This document shows positions 26,607-39,607 of a DNA stretch of 64,000 nucleotides, piece after piece (the stretch's first letter is position 1; every line of letters begins with the position of its first letter). The translations under genes and the position numbers were made by a program. The notes below the pieces were generated by a model that saw nothing but the letters and a program-made list of their open reading frames with translations, was not told the DNA's origin and searched no databases. This DNA comes from Podarcis bocagei. Lineage: Eukaryota. The stretch lies in assembly GCA_964188305.1 (NCBI GenBank), contig OZ076903.1. One strand, given 5' to 3'.

Positions 26607-29600
26607 CGTGGAAGCCCCTATTTCCAAGGAATATTTTAACATATGCTCTCCCCAGGGAAATTTGCCTGGCGGCTTCATTATACACCTTTAGGCACTAGGC
26701 AAAAAGGTTCCTTTTCAAGCAGGCCTTTGGTTAATCCAATTTACATCCTATGCCCTTTTAAAATGTATTGGGGAGACTAGCGGGTTGTTGTTTAGTTTTT
26801 ATTAAGTATTTTGTGGTTTTATGTCTTGATTTTATTCTGTGAACCACCCTGAGACTCCTGGATATATATAGCGGTATATAAATTCAATTAACAACAACAA
26901 TAACAATAACAACAACAAATCAAACCAGAGACAACTCAGTTGGAGTGCTAGCTCTTGCATGAATTATAGAAGTTTTGTGGAGGGTTTTTTTTTAAAAAAA
27001 AACTCCATTATTTTGCATTCTACTTTTTAAGATTTCCTAACTGCAATGTTAAGAGGATCGTGTCAGCTACTTCTCTAAATAAGCCATTTTCCAAATGGCA
27101 AGCATGATTATTCCTCTGGCTGCCATCCTGGGATGGGGAGCAGCAGCTCAAACAGCTCTTCCAGAAGAAATAATGTCTTTCAGTCTTCTTATCTTGTCAT
27201 GTCACATCTGGAAGAGTGACACTGACAAGCTGACATTCACACCCAACCTTTATGCTCATGACTCACCATTATTTCAATACCTTTAGTACGGTTCTACACC
27301 TGACACACAACAAAATCATAGAATCCTGGGCGTTTTCACTTTATACCGCGGGTAGAGGAACCTAAATACACATGTGAAGCTTCCTATATTCAATAAATCA
27401 TTATATCAGAGATAGAGCTATCATAAGCCTCTCTCCCTCGTGTGTTATCTTATTGGATGCAAGCAGTTTCTATGTGGGAGATCATTCAAAGAGCATGTCA
27501 GAAAACTAAGACAGACCAAAACACTGCAAGAAATGTTGTGCTGCACCAGCCATATTCTGCATTTAATTCTTTATTAAAGAAAATCAGTGAGCTCTCAGCT
27601 AACCCTGTTCCTCCTCACAGTAACACCCTTCTTTTTCACTTATAGAAAAGGGGCCAACTGCCCACTTTTACAATGAATAAGCTGTATTGTAGGATGATAG
27701 TACCATTTCACTCCAGTGTCTATTTTTCACTCATCTACCTGCCACCCAACCTGTTGCACTTGCTCAGACATATCTCCATAATTGCCTACAATCCCTAAAG
27801 TGATGCTATTGTTAAATGCAGACTTTACCTGCTATACAAAATACAAAGAGAACTGTGCAAAGTGGTAAGATTCCCAACACATTTCAAAAAAATGCTTTAT
27901 CACAGAGAAAGTGTCTAAACTGCTTAATGCAAGGTGATCCTGAAATAACATTTCTCCATTTGCTTTGGGGTGCCGCAACGCAACAGTTTGTTCCAAGCGG
28001 TTTTTTATTAAGAAATGTAGGCATTTCCTTCCATTATAAAAAGAGTTTTCTAAACGCCCTAGGAATCGCACTAACTTGCGCAGCTATCTTGTGCGACTGT
28101 TGCCTTTCGTGAAACCGAGTCTCTGTCTTTGGGTCTTTACAATCTGAAAAGAAGTTATGAATGAAACAGTAAGCGAACATTTTATCACAATTTGGGTGAA
28201 AATCGGAGCAAGTGAACAGGTATAGACGCTTTGGGGGAGGTTTGCAAATCTCCAGGGTACCATCTGTCCATTCTTGTTCCAAGGTGTATATACACAGTTC
28301 TGGTGGATCAATCAGTCAGGCATATGGAACTTCAATAATAACCTGCATGAATTGAAAGGGCATCACAAGCTACACCCAACACACACCTGTGGCTTTGCAC
28401 TGTAAGATAAGATCAGTAGTGGAGGGAGAGACATTTCACCATTACAAATCTTCCCATCAATGAATCCCTCATACACTTACAGATAACCTCTGAGTTCCCT
28501 GGAAGCCACTGAATCATGAAACTGACATTTCCCAATTTATGTTTGTTTCTGTAGTAGAGCCTGGTTTCTCAGAACAGGACTGAAGCTTTTAATAGAACTG
28601 CTATGCAACTTTTCCAGGAAGAGCAAACCAAAGGGAAAAGGGACCCAAAAGCTGGACAAATTCCTACAAAATAAGTCTAAATATTCTAAAGGCGCATGTC
28701 TTAACATATGACTATCATGTGAACTAGCGTGACTGCGGTATAAAGGCACACTTTCCTTTCTGTGAATCAGAAAGGCATATACATTTATGTCTTTAAGTAT
28801 GAATTAGAAAGACATATCAGTTTTTAGTGTCTTAGTTAAAAATCAAAGGCAAGAGATCAAGAACTTCAATGTCGGATTAGAAATCCGACACCACTCTTAT
28901 TTATTCACTTCTGCTTTAGTCCAGTCCAATTCGGATCGGGAAACATACCTATTATCAACAAAAGCAAAACTGACTTTCAAAACTGCAAACTGCCAAACTT
29001 ATGAAACATAAATCACCCCCAGCAGAGAGATAGTCACATGAATGAAGTGTCTTCTACAGACACTGCATATGTGTGTTCAAAAGCACTTCTGGAGGCATAT
29101 CCCTGACTGCACTGGAATGCTCACTGGATCCTCGTTGAACAGGTTTGATCTATTTTGACACAAATGAGAATGAGAACCTGCATCTAGTCACATGAAACTA
29201 GAGAGATCCCACGTTGCCTTTGCCTACAACTCGACCAGAAGCAATGCTTCTGCTGTGCGAAGGGCAAAATACATGGTTTGCGCTATAATGCTTGCAAAGT
29301 GGCACCAGCCGTCTTCAACATCATTAATAGTTAACTGACATTTCTCCTGCTTAAGAGTCCGAGACGCTTGGCTCAGTGCATTTTTACAGGGCTATCTTCA
29401 CAAATCTATGCCCAATCGCAGAAGCAGGCAACCTGACCAGAAGCAGATTGCCATAGAGTTTATCCAGATATTTAAAGCTTGCTCCAACCACATATTTGCC
29501 GGGTTGTTCTGTTCAAGCTGGCAGAAAGGTAACAGTACAGGTTCTCTTCCAGGTATAATGGAGGTGAGGATCACCTTTGTCATTTTTATTTTTTTAAAAG

Positions 29601-30188
29601 CAGCAGGAGAGGACAGGAGGAAAGAGGCAGATGTGTCTCTACTGGAAAGAAAGAGCAGAGAGTTTCTGAAAAACTTAATAAAAAAAGAAGCATTCGTGAA
29701 CCGGTGAAAGATGCCAACCTTGCTTGTGTACTTTTTAGTGGAGGGCACTGCCATATTTAAGTAGCGAGAGTCAAGCCTTTAAAATGCAAATTTTTTAACT
29801 TCAAAACTGGCAGAACATGGCACAGCAGGAAGAAGAGTTGTATCATGAGTCACTTATGATGTCACAGTCATCCAGAAGGAAATTGCAATGCAAACATGCC
29901 CCACAGCATTCGCTATCAAAACCAACACACTTGTGGGAAGAAACAAAACATCCAGTTTCCCCCAACATGAATAAAAGCACTTCAGGAAACTATGACATCT
30001 CTGCAACCTCTTCTTCAGGGAAGAAGTCTGCACTAACCATCTTGTATATACATTTACACAGGGACAAACACAAAACTGAGTTAATTATTCAGGAGACCTC
30101 CAATTCAGAGAGAGCTAGGTGCACAGTTGCTACTACCAACGCTGAAACAGAAACAGCAATGCTATGGGGTGACACAGATACTGTATAA

Positions 30189-30607
30189 CATGGGTCGGCA
30201 AACTAAGGCCCGCGGGCCGGATCAGGCCCAATTGCCTTCTGGATACGGCCCGTGGACGGCCAGCACGCATGCGTTCTTTCCCTCTCCTTCACACAGTGGC
30301 GGAGGCAGCGCCTCCTCCCTCCCTCCTCCTGGCTTCTCCCTGCCCTGCCTAGAGGAGGAAGGGGGCTGGACTTTGTTGGCACCAGCAGCAGAGCGCTCGA
30401 GCGGTTGCCATTTAAAGCAGCCCCTCTCCAGAGCCCTTCGTCCTGTCACCGCTAGCCCCTGCTGCTCACAAAGACATAGGTAAGCAGCCACCGGGGCTCA
30501 TGGTACTCTTGGGTCATCCCCCCCCCAAAAAAAATTATAGTCTGGCCCCCCACAAGGTCTGAGGGACAGTGGACCAGCCCCCGGCTGAAAACGTTTGCTG
30601 ACCCCTG
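30189..30607. mobile_element. hAT (Charlie-like) MITE; relative at 35443-35696
   Basis: Termini catgggtcggcaaac...gtttgctgacccctg and shared ends with the second copy. Confidence 0.7.
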
Positions 30608-31789
30608 CTGCATAATGTTCTCTATGTCACCACAAACATAAGAGGAAGGGTTTACAGGCAGCTTTTGCCCCTCTATAGGTGTAGGGAAACACACACATCT
30701 GACGTATGCGTCAAAGTTACTCATATGCTTTATGTACTATACTCATTTGGGTTTGGAAGTCCCAGCAAGCAGAAGCTTCCAGACATGTAGACATGACACT
30801 TGTCCTGTGTGAATATTGCATGGAAACTTCTGAATGTTGTATCTTCCAAACCCAAACACACCACTTGTACATGGAGACTTGTACATAAAGGTAGCTCCAA
30901 ATTGCACCAGTGATGTTCTGTGTTAGCTAAGCTAAACCAACCCCAGTATCTAGGGCCCTCTCTTCACTTTACCCACAACCATTCAACGGGGGTGGGGGAT
31001 CTACCGCATAACTATCCTAGTTGGTATGATTCAGCCTGTCTTCAACAGCAACATGAAGCACACAAATAGCCAAGTTTCCCCCAGTGTTTAGCTCCATGCA
31101 GCAAAGGCTTCGCCAGATACAGATCTTGTCAAACAGCTCCTGGAGACAGAGGAGTCCTGGCCAGAAAAAAGAAGTTGGCAAACCTTTATAGAGCTCTGTA
31201 AAACAGTAACAGCTCCTTAATAATGGAAATGGGAAGGCAAATTCCAGAAGAGAATTAAGCTGTTATAATTAAGTTGTAAGGGAATTAAGTTGTAAGATGT
31301 TGACACCAAACAACTGATAGAAAATTGTTACCTTCCTTACTGGGCCCTGATCCTAGCCAGATGAGATCCTAGCCACCATTTTATGTCCCTGCTGGGAAGA
31401 GTATCGGCCACTGAACATTGGAGCTTTTGTGAGTGGCGATTAGCAGCCCTACCTTCCTGCACCTGCAAGACCCTCCTTCCCTTTTACTTTCCATTCCTGC
31501 CAAACTTTAGATTCGCAGCCTGCTGGGAGGGCCTGTTTCGTTCTCCATTGCTGTACAGTGCCTGATTTTAGTATTATAATTATTGAGCAGGAAAAAAACA
31601 GGAAGAGAAAGGTAACAAAGCAGGTGTGGGAGTTGACTTACTTCTTAAACTATTGATTTTATTGTTTGTTTTTCACCGATTTCCTGCCTTAGGTTGGGTA
31701 TTTCTAAGGCGTTCACTGCAATTAATAAAATGAGGAGTGGGGAGGGAGAGAGACGAGGAAGAGGCTGTTGAAGGGGGAAAGGGGTGGAG

Positions 31790-32500
31790 GGAAAGGGGGT
31801 GTCGAGAAAGCACCTGGGGGTCACCACCTCACTCTGCCCCCCCAGCCCCCGAGATCGCCCCCCTGCGCCCCCGAAGGGCCACCCCGCCTCGCCCGCCCAC
31901 CTTCGGCGATGACCTTCTTGATCCGCAGCTTCATCTCGCCCATCTCCACCACCTGCCCCACGAAGTCGTTCTGGTCCCGGCTGGCGGCCCCCAGGGAGCC
32001 GGGCCCCGCCAGGAACTCCAGCGCCGACTGCAGCAGCGACATGGCCAACTCCGCCCGGCGCAGCAGCAGCCGGGGACTGGCGCTCCCAGGACCAAGCAGA
32101 TCGCCAGGCCGGTTCCTTCGGCCGCTCCCGCTCCTGCCGTTTCACGAGCGCCAATCCTGGCCCTCCGCGGCCACCGTACTCCCCGCCGCCCCCGCCTCCC
32201 TCCTCTCCCTCAGCCCATTGCCGAAACCCGTTTCCGCCAACGACGCTCGTCGGAGGAGGAGGAGGGGCGAACGCGCTCGCCCCGCCCACATTCGCCTCCT
32301 AGCTCCGCCCCGCAGCTCCAGGGGAGATTTCCCCTCCTCCGCGCGTGGGCAGGGGGTTATAGAGAGAGAAAGTCGAAGAGCGGTCGGCGCGCTACCTGAT
32401 TCCGGGCACCGAGTTGAAAGCAGCACCAACGGGGGCCGCGTCGCCGTTTGCCAGGGCTCCTCGGGGGCCAAGCGAGCCTCACACAGGGCCGGCCCAAGAC
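31790..32500 (-). promoter_or_regulatory. CpG island / GAK promoter and 5' UTR
   Basis: Very GC- and CpG-rich, with GC boxes (ccgccc), surrounding GAK exon 1. Confidence 0.85.
31901..32042 (-). CDS. GAK: Cyclin G-associated kinase, coding exon 1 (MSLLQSALEFLAGPGSLGAASRDQNDFVGQVVEMGEMKLRIKKVIAE/G)
   Basis: Closely matches the human GAK N-terminus (MSLLQSALDFLAGPGSLG...). ATG at 32042-32040, GT donor at 31900-31899, 142 nt, inside a CpG island. Confidence 0.97.
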
Positions 32501-32521
32501 TTTTCTTTTTTAATAATTTTT

Positions 32522-32867
32522 ATAAAGAAGGCTGATCGCCGAAGAATTGATGCTTTTGAATTATGGTGCTGGAGGAGACTCTTGAGAGTCCCATGGACTG
32601 CAGGAAGATCAAACCTCTCCATTCTGAAGGAAATCAGCCCTGAGTGCTCACTGGAAGGACAGATCCTGAAGCTGAGACTCCAATACTTTGGGCACAAGGA
32701 GAAGGGGACGACAGAGGACGAGATAGATGGTTGGACAGTGTTCTCGAAGCTACCAGCATGAGTTTGACCAAACTGTGGGAAACAGTGGAAGACATGAGTG
32801 CCTGGTGTGCTCTGGTCCGTGGGGTCACGAAGAGTTGGACATGACTAAACGACTCAACAACAGCAAC
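32522..32867 (+). mobile_element. BovB/RTE LINE 3' fragment with internal deletion and (CAA)n-like tail
   Basis: Encodes KKADRRRIDAFELWCWRRLLRVPW; near-identical to part of 53123-53450. Confidence 0.93.
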
Positions 32868-33293
32868 ATTAAACACTTTCAACATACCAAATTAAAAATC
32901 CAAATAATCAGTTGCATTATTTCCCCCCATCCCTCCCTCTCCACCCCCAACAAGGACTTCCCTCAGCTCCCCTCTCTGATTTCTTTGCACATATTGTTCT
33001 CTGCATGTTATAAAATTGTACATATCATTGCCTCATCTGTCATGTGTTCAACTAATAAATTTGTGGATGTTTATTCAAGGAGTCCACGGTCCAAGACTTT
33101 TCGGCACCAGAGGCGAACCGCAAAATGATGACCTGCCCTCCCCACCAGGAAAGAAGGGGGAGCGAAGATCTACAACAGGAAGGGGGGCAGGGATAAAAGC
33201 TCTGCATTGGAATCTGCCAGTACTATGGAACCTGTTGCCTGAGGCGGTTGCCTCACCTTGCCTCCTGGGTCGGAGGGCCCTGTGCCCAATATA

Positions 33294-33907
33294 CAGTGGT
33301 ACCTCTGTTTGCAAATGGGATTTGTTCCGGAGGCCCGTTCGCAACATGAAAAGAGTGCAATCCACAGCTGCGTGTCTGCAGATGCGCATTTTGCGATTTG
33401 GCACTTCTGCGCATGTGTGTGACGTCATTTTGTGCTTCTGCGCATACACGAGCGGCAAAACCCGGAAGTAACCCTTTCCGGTACTTCTGGGTCACCGCAA
33501 GATGTAACCTGAAAGAACATAACATGAAGGAAACATAACATGAGGTAAAAAGGTAAAGGTAAAGGGACCCCTGACCATTAGGTCCAGTCGTGACCGACTC
33601 TGGGGTTGCGGCGCTCATCTTGCTTTATTGGCCGAGGGAGCCAACGTTTGTCCACAGACAGCTTCCAGGTCATGTGGCCAGCATGACTCTGGCGAACCAG
33701 AGCAGCACACGGAAACGCCGTTTACCTTCCCGGTGGAAGCAGTTTGATGTGCTTTCGAACTGCTAGGTTGGCAGGAGTAGGGACCAAGCAACGGGAGCTC
33801 CCCCCATCACGGGGATTCGAACCGCCAACCTTCTGATCGGCAAGTCCTAGGTTCTGTGGTTTAACCCACAGCGCCACCCGCGTGCCCTATAACATGAGGT
33901 ATGACTG
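33294..33907. mobile_element. Tigger/pogo-like MITE interrupted by a SINE
   Basis: Termini cagtggtacctc...gaggtatgactg with TA flanks. Confidence 0.8.
33548..33888 (-). mobile_element. Sauria SINE inserted into a MITE
   Basis: TSD ataacatgaggta at 33535-33547 and 33889-33901. Confidence 0.9.
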
Positions 33908-34049
33908 TATAATTTTGCATTGGAAATTGATAGTGGAAAAGAATAGGAGATATGCCACTGGTTTGACTTGGGAACCTCAGTTTGACCTGTTCACAGGACG
34001 ATCCTTGCATGCACACTAATGGGAGAGGAACACTGCAATCCCAATGATC

Positions 34050-34880
34050 GTAGAATTGGAGAGTTGGATAGGACCCCGAGGGTCATCTGATCACATGCAA
34101 TGCAGGAATCTCTATTAAAGCATCCCTGACAGATGGCTATCCAACTTCTGTTTTGAAACTTCCAAGGAAAGAGAATATGCCACTTATAGTGGAAGATTGT
34201 TCCACTACTGAACAGATATTACTCTCAGAAAGTGCTTCCTGATGTTTGAGACTCCTTTCTTGTAACCTGAAGCCACTGGTTCAGGTCCTAGCCTCTGGAG
34301 CAGAAGAAAACAAGTTTCTTCCATGTGACAGCTCTTTAGATATTTGAAGATGGCTATCATATCTCCTCTCAGTATCCTCTTTTCCAGGCTAAACATACCC
34401 GTTCCTCATCAGGTTTCCAGACCCGTGATCAGCTTGGTCACCCTCCACTGTACACATTCCAACTTGTTAATATCCTTCTCAAATTGTGGCACCCATAATT
34501 GGACACAGTAATCCAGGTGTGGTCTGGCTAAGGAGAAATAGAGCAGGATCCTTGATCTGAACACTATACAGTGGTACCTCGGGTTAAGTACTTAATTCGT
34601 TCCGGAGGTCTGTTCTTAACCTGAAACTGTTCTTAACCTGAAGACCACTTTAGCTAATGGGGCCTCCTGCTGCTGCTGCGCCGCTGGAGCACAATTTCTG
34701 TTCTCACCCTGAAGCAAAGTTCTTAACCTGAAGCACTATTTCTGGGTTAGCAGAGTCTGTAACCTGAAGCGTATGTAACCCGAGGTACCACTGTAAATTG
34801 ATGCAATCTAAAACAGCATTTACTTTTTTTTTTGCTGCTGTATCACACTGTGGACTCATGCAAAGCTTGTGGTATACTAT
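34050..34880 (-). mobile_element. CR1 LINE 3' fragment
   Basis: ORF 34205..34396 (FSLEKRILRGDMIAIFKYLK) resembles the CR1 ORF2 C-terminus; CR1-like 3' UTR near 34050-34090. Confidence 0.8.
34569..34793. mobile_element. Tigger-like MITE inserted in a CR1 fragment
   Basis: TIRs plus TA; CR1-like sequence continues on both sides. Confidence 0.82.
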
Positions 34881-36205
34881 ACAATGAAATTCAGTTAGGG
34901 GGGATTCGATTAACAATGAAAGTTAAATTAGGTTAGAATTAATAAGTGTTTTTATTTGTTTGTTTTTTTGTTTTTCTCTTTAGTATTGTAATGTGTTTTC
35001 TTTTTTGTGTTTTGTATGTTATTTCTGTTGTAAATTTGGAAAATTAATTTTAAAAAATTGGGGGGGGGGGAGCTTGTGGTATACTAAGACTCCGGCGCTA
35101 GATCACTTTCATATGTACTACTGGCAAGCCAGGTGTTGTATTACGCCGGGGTTGCATTACAATAAAAGTCGTCCCCTCTGTACACGAAGTTGTCATTCTT
35201 GTTTTCGAGTCTATGGTCCCTATGTCACGAAAAGCGCCTCTTCCGCCAGAACGCAAGCCGGCTTCTGGCGCCCTAGCCACGCCCATCGCCCCGCCTCCTT
35301 CCAGAGTTCGAATTAGCTTCCTATCTGTGCTGCCGGCTTGCTCTGGTATTTGCCGCGCCCACGCTTGGTGTATCCTGTAGCTCTTGCTGCAACCGATGAC
35401 GAAGTGCTGCAATTCTGATGATGCAATCGCACATACTCAGAGCATGGGGAGGCAAACTAAGGGCCGGGGGCCGGATCCAGCCCAATCGCCTTCTAATTCC
35501 GGCCCGCGGACGGTCCAGGAATCACCGATTTTTTACATGAGTAGAACGTGTGCTTTTATTTAAAATGCACCTCTGGGTTATTTGTGGGGCATAGGAATTC
35601 ATTCATTTCCCCCCCCAAAAAAAATATAGTCCGCCCCCCCACAAGGTCTGAGGGACAGTGGACTGGCCCCCTGCTGAAAAAGTTTGCTGACCCCTGTACT
35701 CAGAGGGCTTCTGTAATATTCAATGACCCCGTCATAAGCTTCCTTACCTGCAGCCCACTACTGTGCTTGCTTTTTGCGGAAGGAAGTCCTTTGCGGAAGG
35801 AAGTCCTATTGATTTCAATAGGTTTACACCCCCAGTAAGCGTGCAGCCCTAAGAATAGCTTCGCTGGTTCGGATGAATTGCCCCGTCTATTTCATTTTTC
35901 TGGTTCCAGCCGCCAGCTAGATACCCCTGCATGTTCACAAGCAGGACAAAAACGTCATGGCCACATCCCGTATCGGGTATGGGGTATTCTGAGGTACACT
36001 GGCACTGAACAAAGGGTATCCATTTGGGTATCATGCCAACAAGGGTTGCCAAACCTATTCTTCTCTATGAATTGTTCTAATTCTTCTAAAAAGCCAGCTA
36101 AGCTAGTGCCAGTGACTGCATCTTGTGATTCCAAATTAATATAAAATACCAATAAACTCTAACAGAGCACTTCAGTGATATTTTGTGCTGACGTACCGTG
36201 ACTGT

Positions 36206-36570
36206 GGGACACAGGTGGCGCTGTGGGTTAAACCACAGAGCCTAGGACTTGCTGATCAGAAGGTCGGCGGTTCGAATCCCCACGACGGGGTGAGCTCCCG
36301 TTGCTCGGTCCCTGCTCCTGTCAACCTAGCAGTTCAAAAGCATGTCAAACTGCAAGTAGATAAATAGGTACCGCTCTGGCGGGAAGGTATACAGCGTTTC
36401 TGTGCGTTGCTCTGGTTCGCCAGAAGTGGCTTAGTCATGCTGGCCACATGACCCGGAAGCTGTACACTGGCTCCCTCGGCCTATAAAGCGAGATGAGCAC
36501 CGCAACCCCAGAGTCAGTCACAACTGGACCTAATGCTCAGGGGTCCCTTTACCTTTACTTTACCTTTACC
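36206..36570 (+). mobile_element. Sauria SINE
   Basis: Similar to the other copies, with (ACCTTT)n tail. Confidence 0.9.
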
Positions 36571-37844
36571 ATGACTGCAGTCCTGATTAAACATTTTGAG
36601 TGCAATGTAGTTTGTTTCTTTCCAAAGAGTTACCACTTAACACCCTGCCTTGGGCAATCTTTCAGCCACTTAGATATCTTACTGCAGCAGGCTAAGAGAG
36701 ATGAGGGGTTGTAGTCTAATTCTAGTAGAGTATATGATTTGCAAGCAAAAGTTATCAGGCCCAGTCCCTGGCACCTGCTGTTAAAAGGATTACATAGTAG
36801 GCAATGTAAACAACACTGGACGAGACCCCAAAGACTAAGGGGTCAATCAGACTAAGAAATATGCTGTCAATCAGACTAAGAAATATGGGATTTGAGGGAC
36901 AAATGATTCAACCTGTTGTAAGGTAGCTTCCTAGGTGAGTTCTTCCACTGCTCCTGGTGCAAGAAAACAGGTTACTGTATAAGACTTGCCCAAATTCCCC
37001 TTTGAACAGGGAATAATTTCTTTTGCAAAAGAAAGTCATTTTAGGCATGATCAGAAACCAGAAACCATTTCACCCATAGTTATTAAGCAAAACAAAGACT
37101 TCACTCACCTTGAGAAAAGAAATGCATACAAGACTCTTGATACCAGGGTCATGGGTCTGAGGCCCCCATTGGGCAAAAGATTCCTGCATTGCAGGGGGCT
37201 GGACTAGATGACCCTCGTGGTCCCTCCCAACTCTACAGTTCTATGATTCTGTGTTCCAAGGCAAACTTTTCTTGGTGTCAGGTGTAAAACAAATAGGGAA
37301 TCTGTGGCTCCTGAACCCAACCCAAAGAGGACTACTTCGTGTTAGTCCTGCTCTACAACTGTCCCCGTTAGCTGAATCGGAAAAACGATTTGGCTTATCT
37401 TTTTAAAATTCCAGACAAAAGACTTCTGCTGCAGAAAAGAAGGAATGCATGGACTGTGTTTGCCCATTCTTCATAAGCCTGTTGATTCGCCTGGAGAACT
37501 GGTGGTGAAAGAGTGGGTATAGGTAAATTTTCCTGATTTAACTTGCCCTCCTCCAGCTGCTTTTTCTTTCATGAGTATATACTTCAAACAAGCATCCATA
37601 CTGCTTTGCCTCATTGTACCGTATTTTTCGCCCCATAAGACGCACCGGCCCATAAGACGCACCTAGATTTTAGGGGGGGAAATGAAGGAAAAAATTTTTA
37701 TTTCCCCCCCAGGTGCGCTGCGCTACACCAGGAGCTTGGGGCGTGCGGAGCTCAGCGCGCCCCAAGCTTCTGCGTGCCGGCAAGGTCTCCGCTAGCGTGG
37801 GAGAGCCAGCGCCTCTCCCAGGGCTAGCGGACCCCTGCGCTAAT

Positions 37845-38670
37845 CCAGAAGCTTGGGGCGTGCTGAGGTCAGCGCGCCCCAAGCTTCTGCATGCCGGCAA
37901 GCAGTCCGCTGCCGCCCCAAGCCTTGCGCACCCGGCGGGACCTCCTGCCGGGTGCGGGAGGCTTGGGGCGGCAGCGGGCTGCTTGCCGGCATGCAGAAGC
38001 TTGGGGCGCGCTGACCTCAGCACTCCCCAAGCTTCTAGGTGCGCGCAAGCAGTCCGCTGCCGCCCCAAGCCTCCCGCACCCGGCGGGACCTCCTGCCGGG
38101 TGCGGGAGGCTTGGGGCGGCAGCGGACTGCTTGCCGGCATGCAGAAGCTTGGGGCGCACTGACCTCAGCACGCCCCAAGCTTCTAGGTGCGCGCAAGCAG
38201 TCCGCTGCCGCCCCAAGCCTCCCGCACCCGGCGGGACCTCCTGCCGGGTGCGGGAGGCTTGGGGCGGCAGCGGACTGCTTGCCGGCATGCAGAAGCTTGG
38301 GGCGCGCTGACCTCAGCACGCCCCAAGCTTCTAGGTGCGCGCAAGCAGTCCGCTGCCGCCCCAAGCCTTGCGCACCCGGCGGGACCTCCTGCCGGGTGCG
38401 GGAGGCTTGGGGCGGCAGCGGACTGCTTGCCGGCATGCAGAAGCTTGGGGCGCGCTGACCTCAGCACGCCCCAAGCTTCTAGGTGCGCGCAAGCAGTCCG
38501 CTGCCGCCCCAAGCCTTGCGCACCCGGCGGGACCTCCTGCCGGGTGCGGGAGGCTTGGGGCGGCAGCGGACTGCTTGCCGGCATGCAGAAGCTTGGGGCG
38601 CACTGACCTCAGCACGCCCCAAGCTTCTAGGTGCGCGCAAGCAGTCCGCTGCCGCCCCAAGCCTTGCGCA
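37845..38670. repeat. GC-rich 148-bp tandem array, about 5.5 copies, each unit made of two hairpins
   Basis: ORF starts recur every 148 nt (37891, 38039, 38187, 38335, 38483, 38631). Confidence 0.92.
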
Positions 38671-38672
38671 CC

Positions 38673-39005
38673 CTGCCTTCAGGGCGCCCGACGCTCCGAG
38701 AAGCAGGCTGCTATCCGCAGCCTAGGCAACCCTGTGGGACCTCCCACAGGGCTGCCTGGGCGGCGGAATTGTTCCCGAAGCGTCGGGCGCTCTGCCTTCA
38801 GGGCGCCCGACGCTCCGAGAAGCAGGCTGCTATCCGCCGCCTAGGCAACCCTGTGGGACCTCCCACAGGGCTGCCTGGGCGGCGGAATTGTTCCCGAAGC
38901 GTCGGGCGCTCTGCCTTCAGGGCGCCCGACGCTCCGAGAAGCAGGCTGCTATCCGCAGCCTAGGCAACCCTGTGGGACCTCCCACAGGGCTGCCTAGACT
39001 GCGGA
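38673..39005. repeat. 119-bp tandem array, about 2.8 copies, palindromic units
   Basis: ctgccttcagggcgcccgacgc recurs at 38673, 38792 and 38911. Confidence 0.9.
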
Positions 39006-39178
39006 TATCTTCCTGAAGCCTGGAGAGCGAGAGGGGTCGGTGCGCACCGACCCCTCTCGCTCTTCAAGCTTCAGCGAAAGCCTGCATTCGCCCCATAAGA
39101 CGCACCCAGATTTTCCCTTCATTTTTGGAGGGGAAAAAGTGCGTCTTATGGGGCGAAAAATACGGTACCTACCTACAC

Positions 39179-39530
39179 GGGACGTGGGTGGCTCTGTGGT
39201 TTAACCCACAGGACTTGCCAATCAGAAGGTCGGTGGTTTGAATCCCCACAACGGAGTGAGCTCCTGTTGCTCGGTCCCTGCTCCTGCCAACCTAGCAGTT
39301 TGAAAGTACGTCAAAGTGCAAGTAGATAAATAGGTACCGCTCCAGCGGGAAGGTAAATGGTGTTTCCGTGCGCTGCTCTGGTTCGCTAGGAGCGGCTTAG
39401 TCATGCTGGCCACATGACCAGGAAGCTGTACGCCGGCTCCCTCGGCCAATAAAGCGAGATGAGTGTCACAACCCCAGAGTTGGTCACGACTGGACCTAAT
39501 GGTCAGGGGTGCCTTTACCTTTACCTTACC
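39179..39530 (+). mobile_element. Sauria SINE
   Basis: Similar to the other copies in the window. Confidence 0.9.
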
Positions 39531-39607
39531 TACCTACACACACACACACACACAAACACACATAATTTTATTTTCTTATATTCCTATTCCACCTTTCTTC
39601 TGTCATG

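Larger units (their letters stand above)
37619..39165. mobile_element. Non-autonomous Tc1/mariner (pogo-like) element filled with palindromic tandem arrays
   Basis: TA target duplication; perfect TIRs ccgtatttttcgccccataagacgcac / gtgcgtcttatggggcgaaaaatacgg. Confidence 0.9.

Noticed and set aside
27830-28330. Possible extra exon in GAK intron 1
   Set aside because: No recognisable homology, and GAK exons 1 and 2 already join in frame.
31645-32535. Long ORFs (214-255 aa) over the GAK CpG island
   Set aside because: Stop-poor GC-rich sequence; only the 142-nt GAK exon 1 frame has homology.
37670-38963. Many overlapping 110-170 aa ORFs on both strands
   Set aside because: They arise from GC-rich palindromic tandem repeats inside a MITE and show no protein-like features.
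37845-39005. CRISPR-like array
   Set aside because: The units are contiguous near-identical repeats with no unique spacers, in a vertebrate context with no cas genes.
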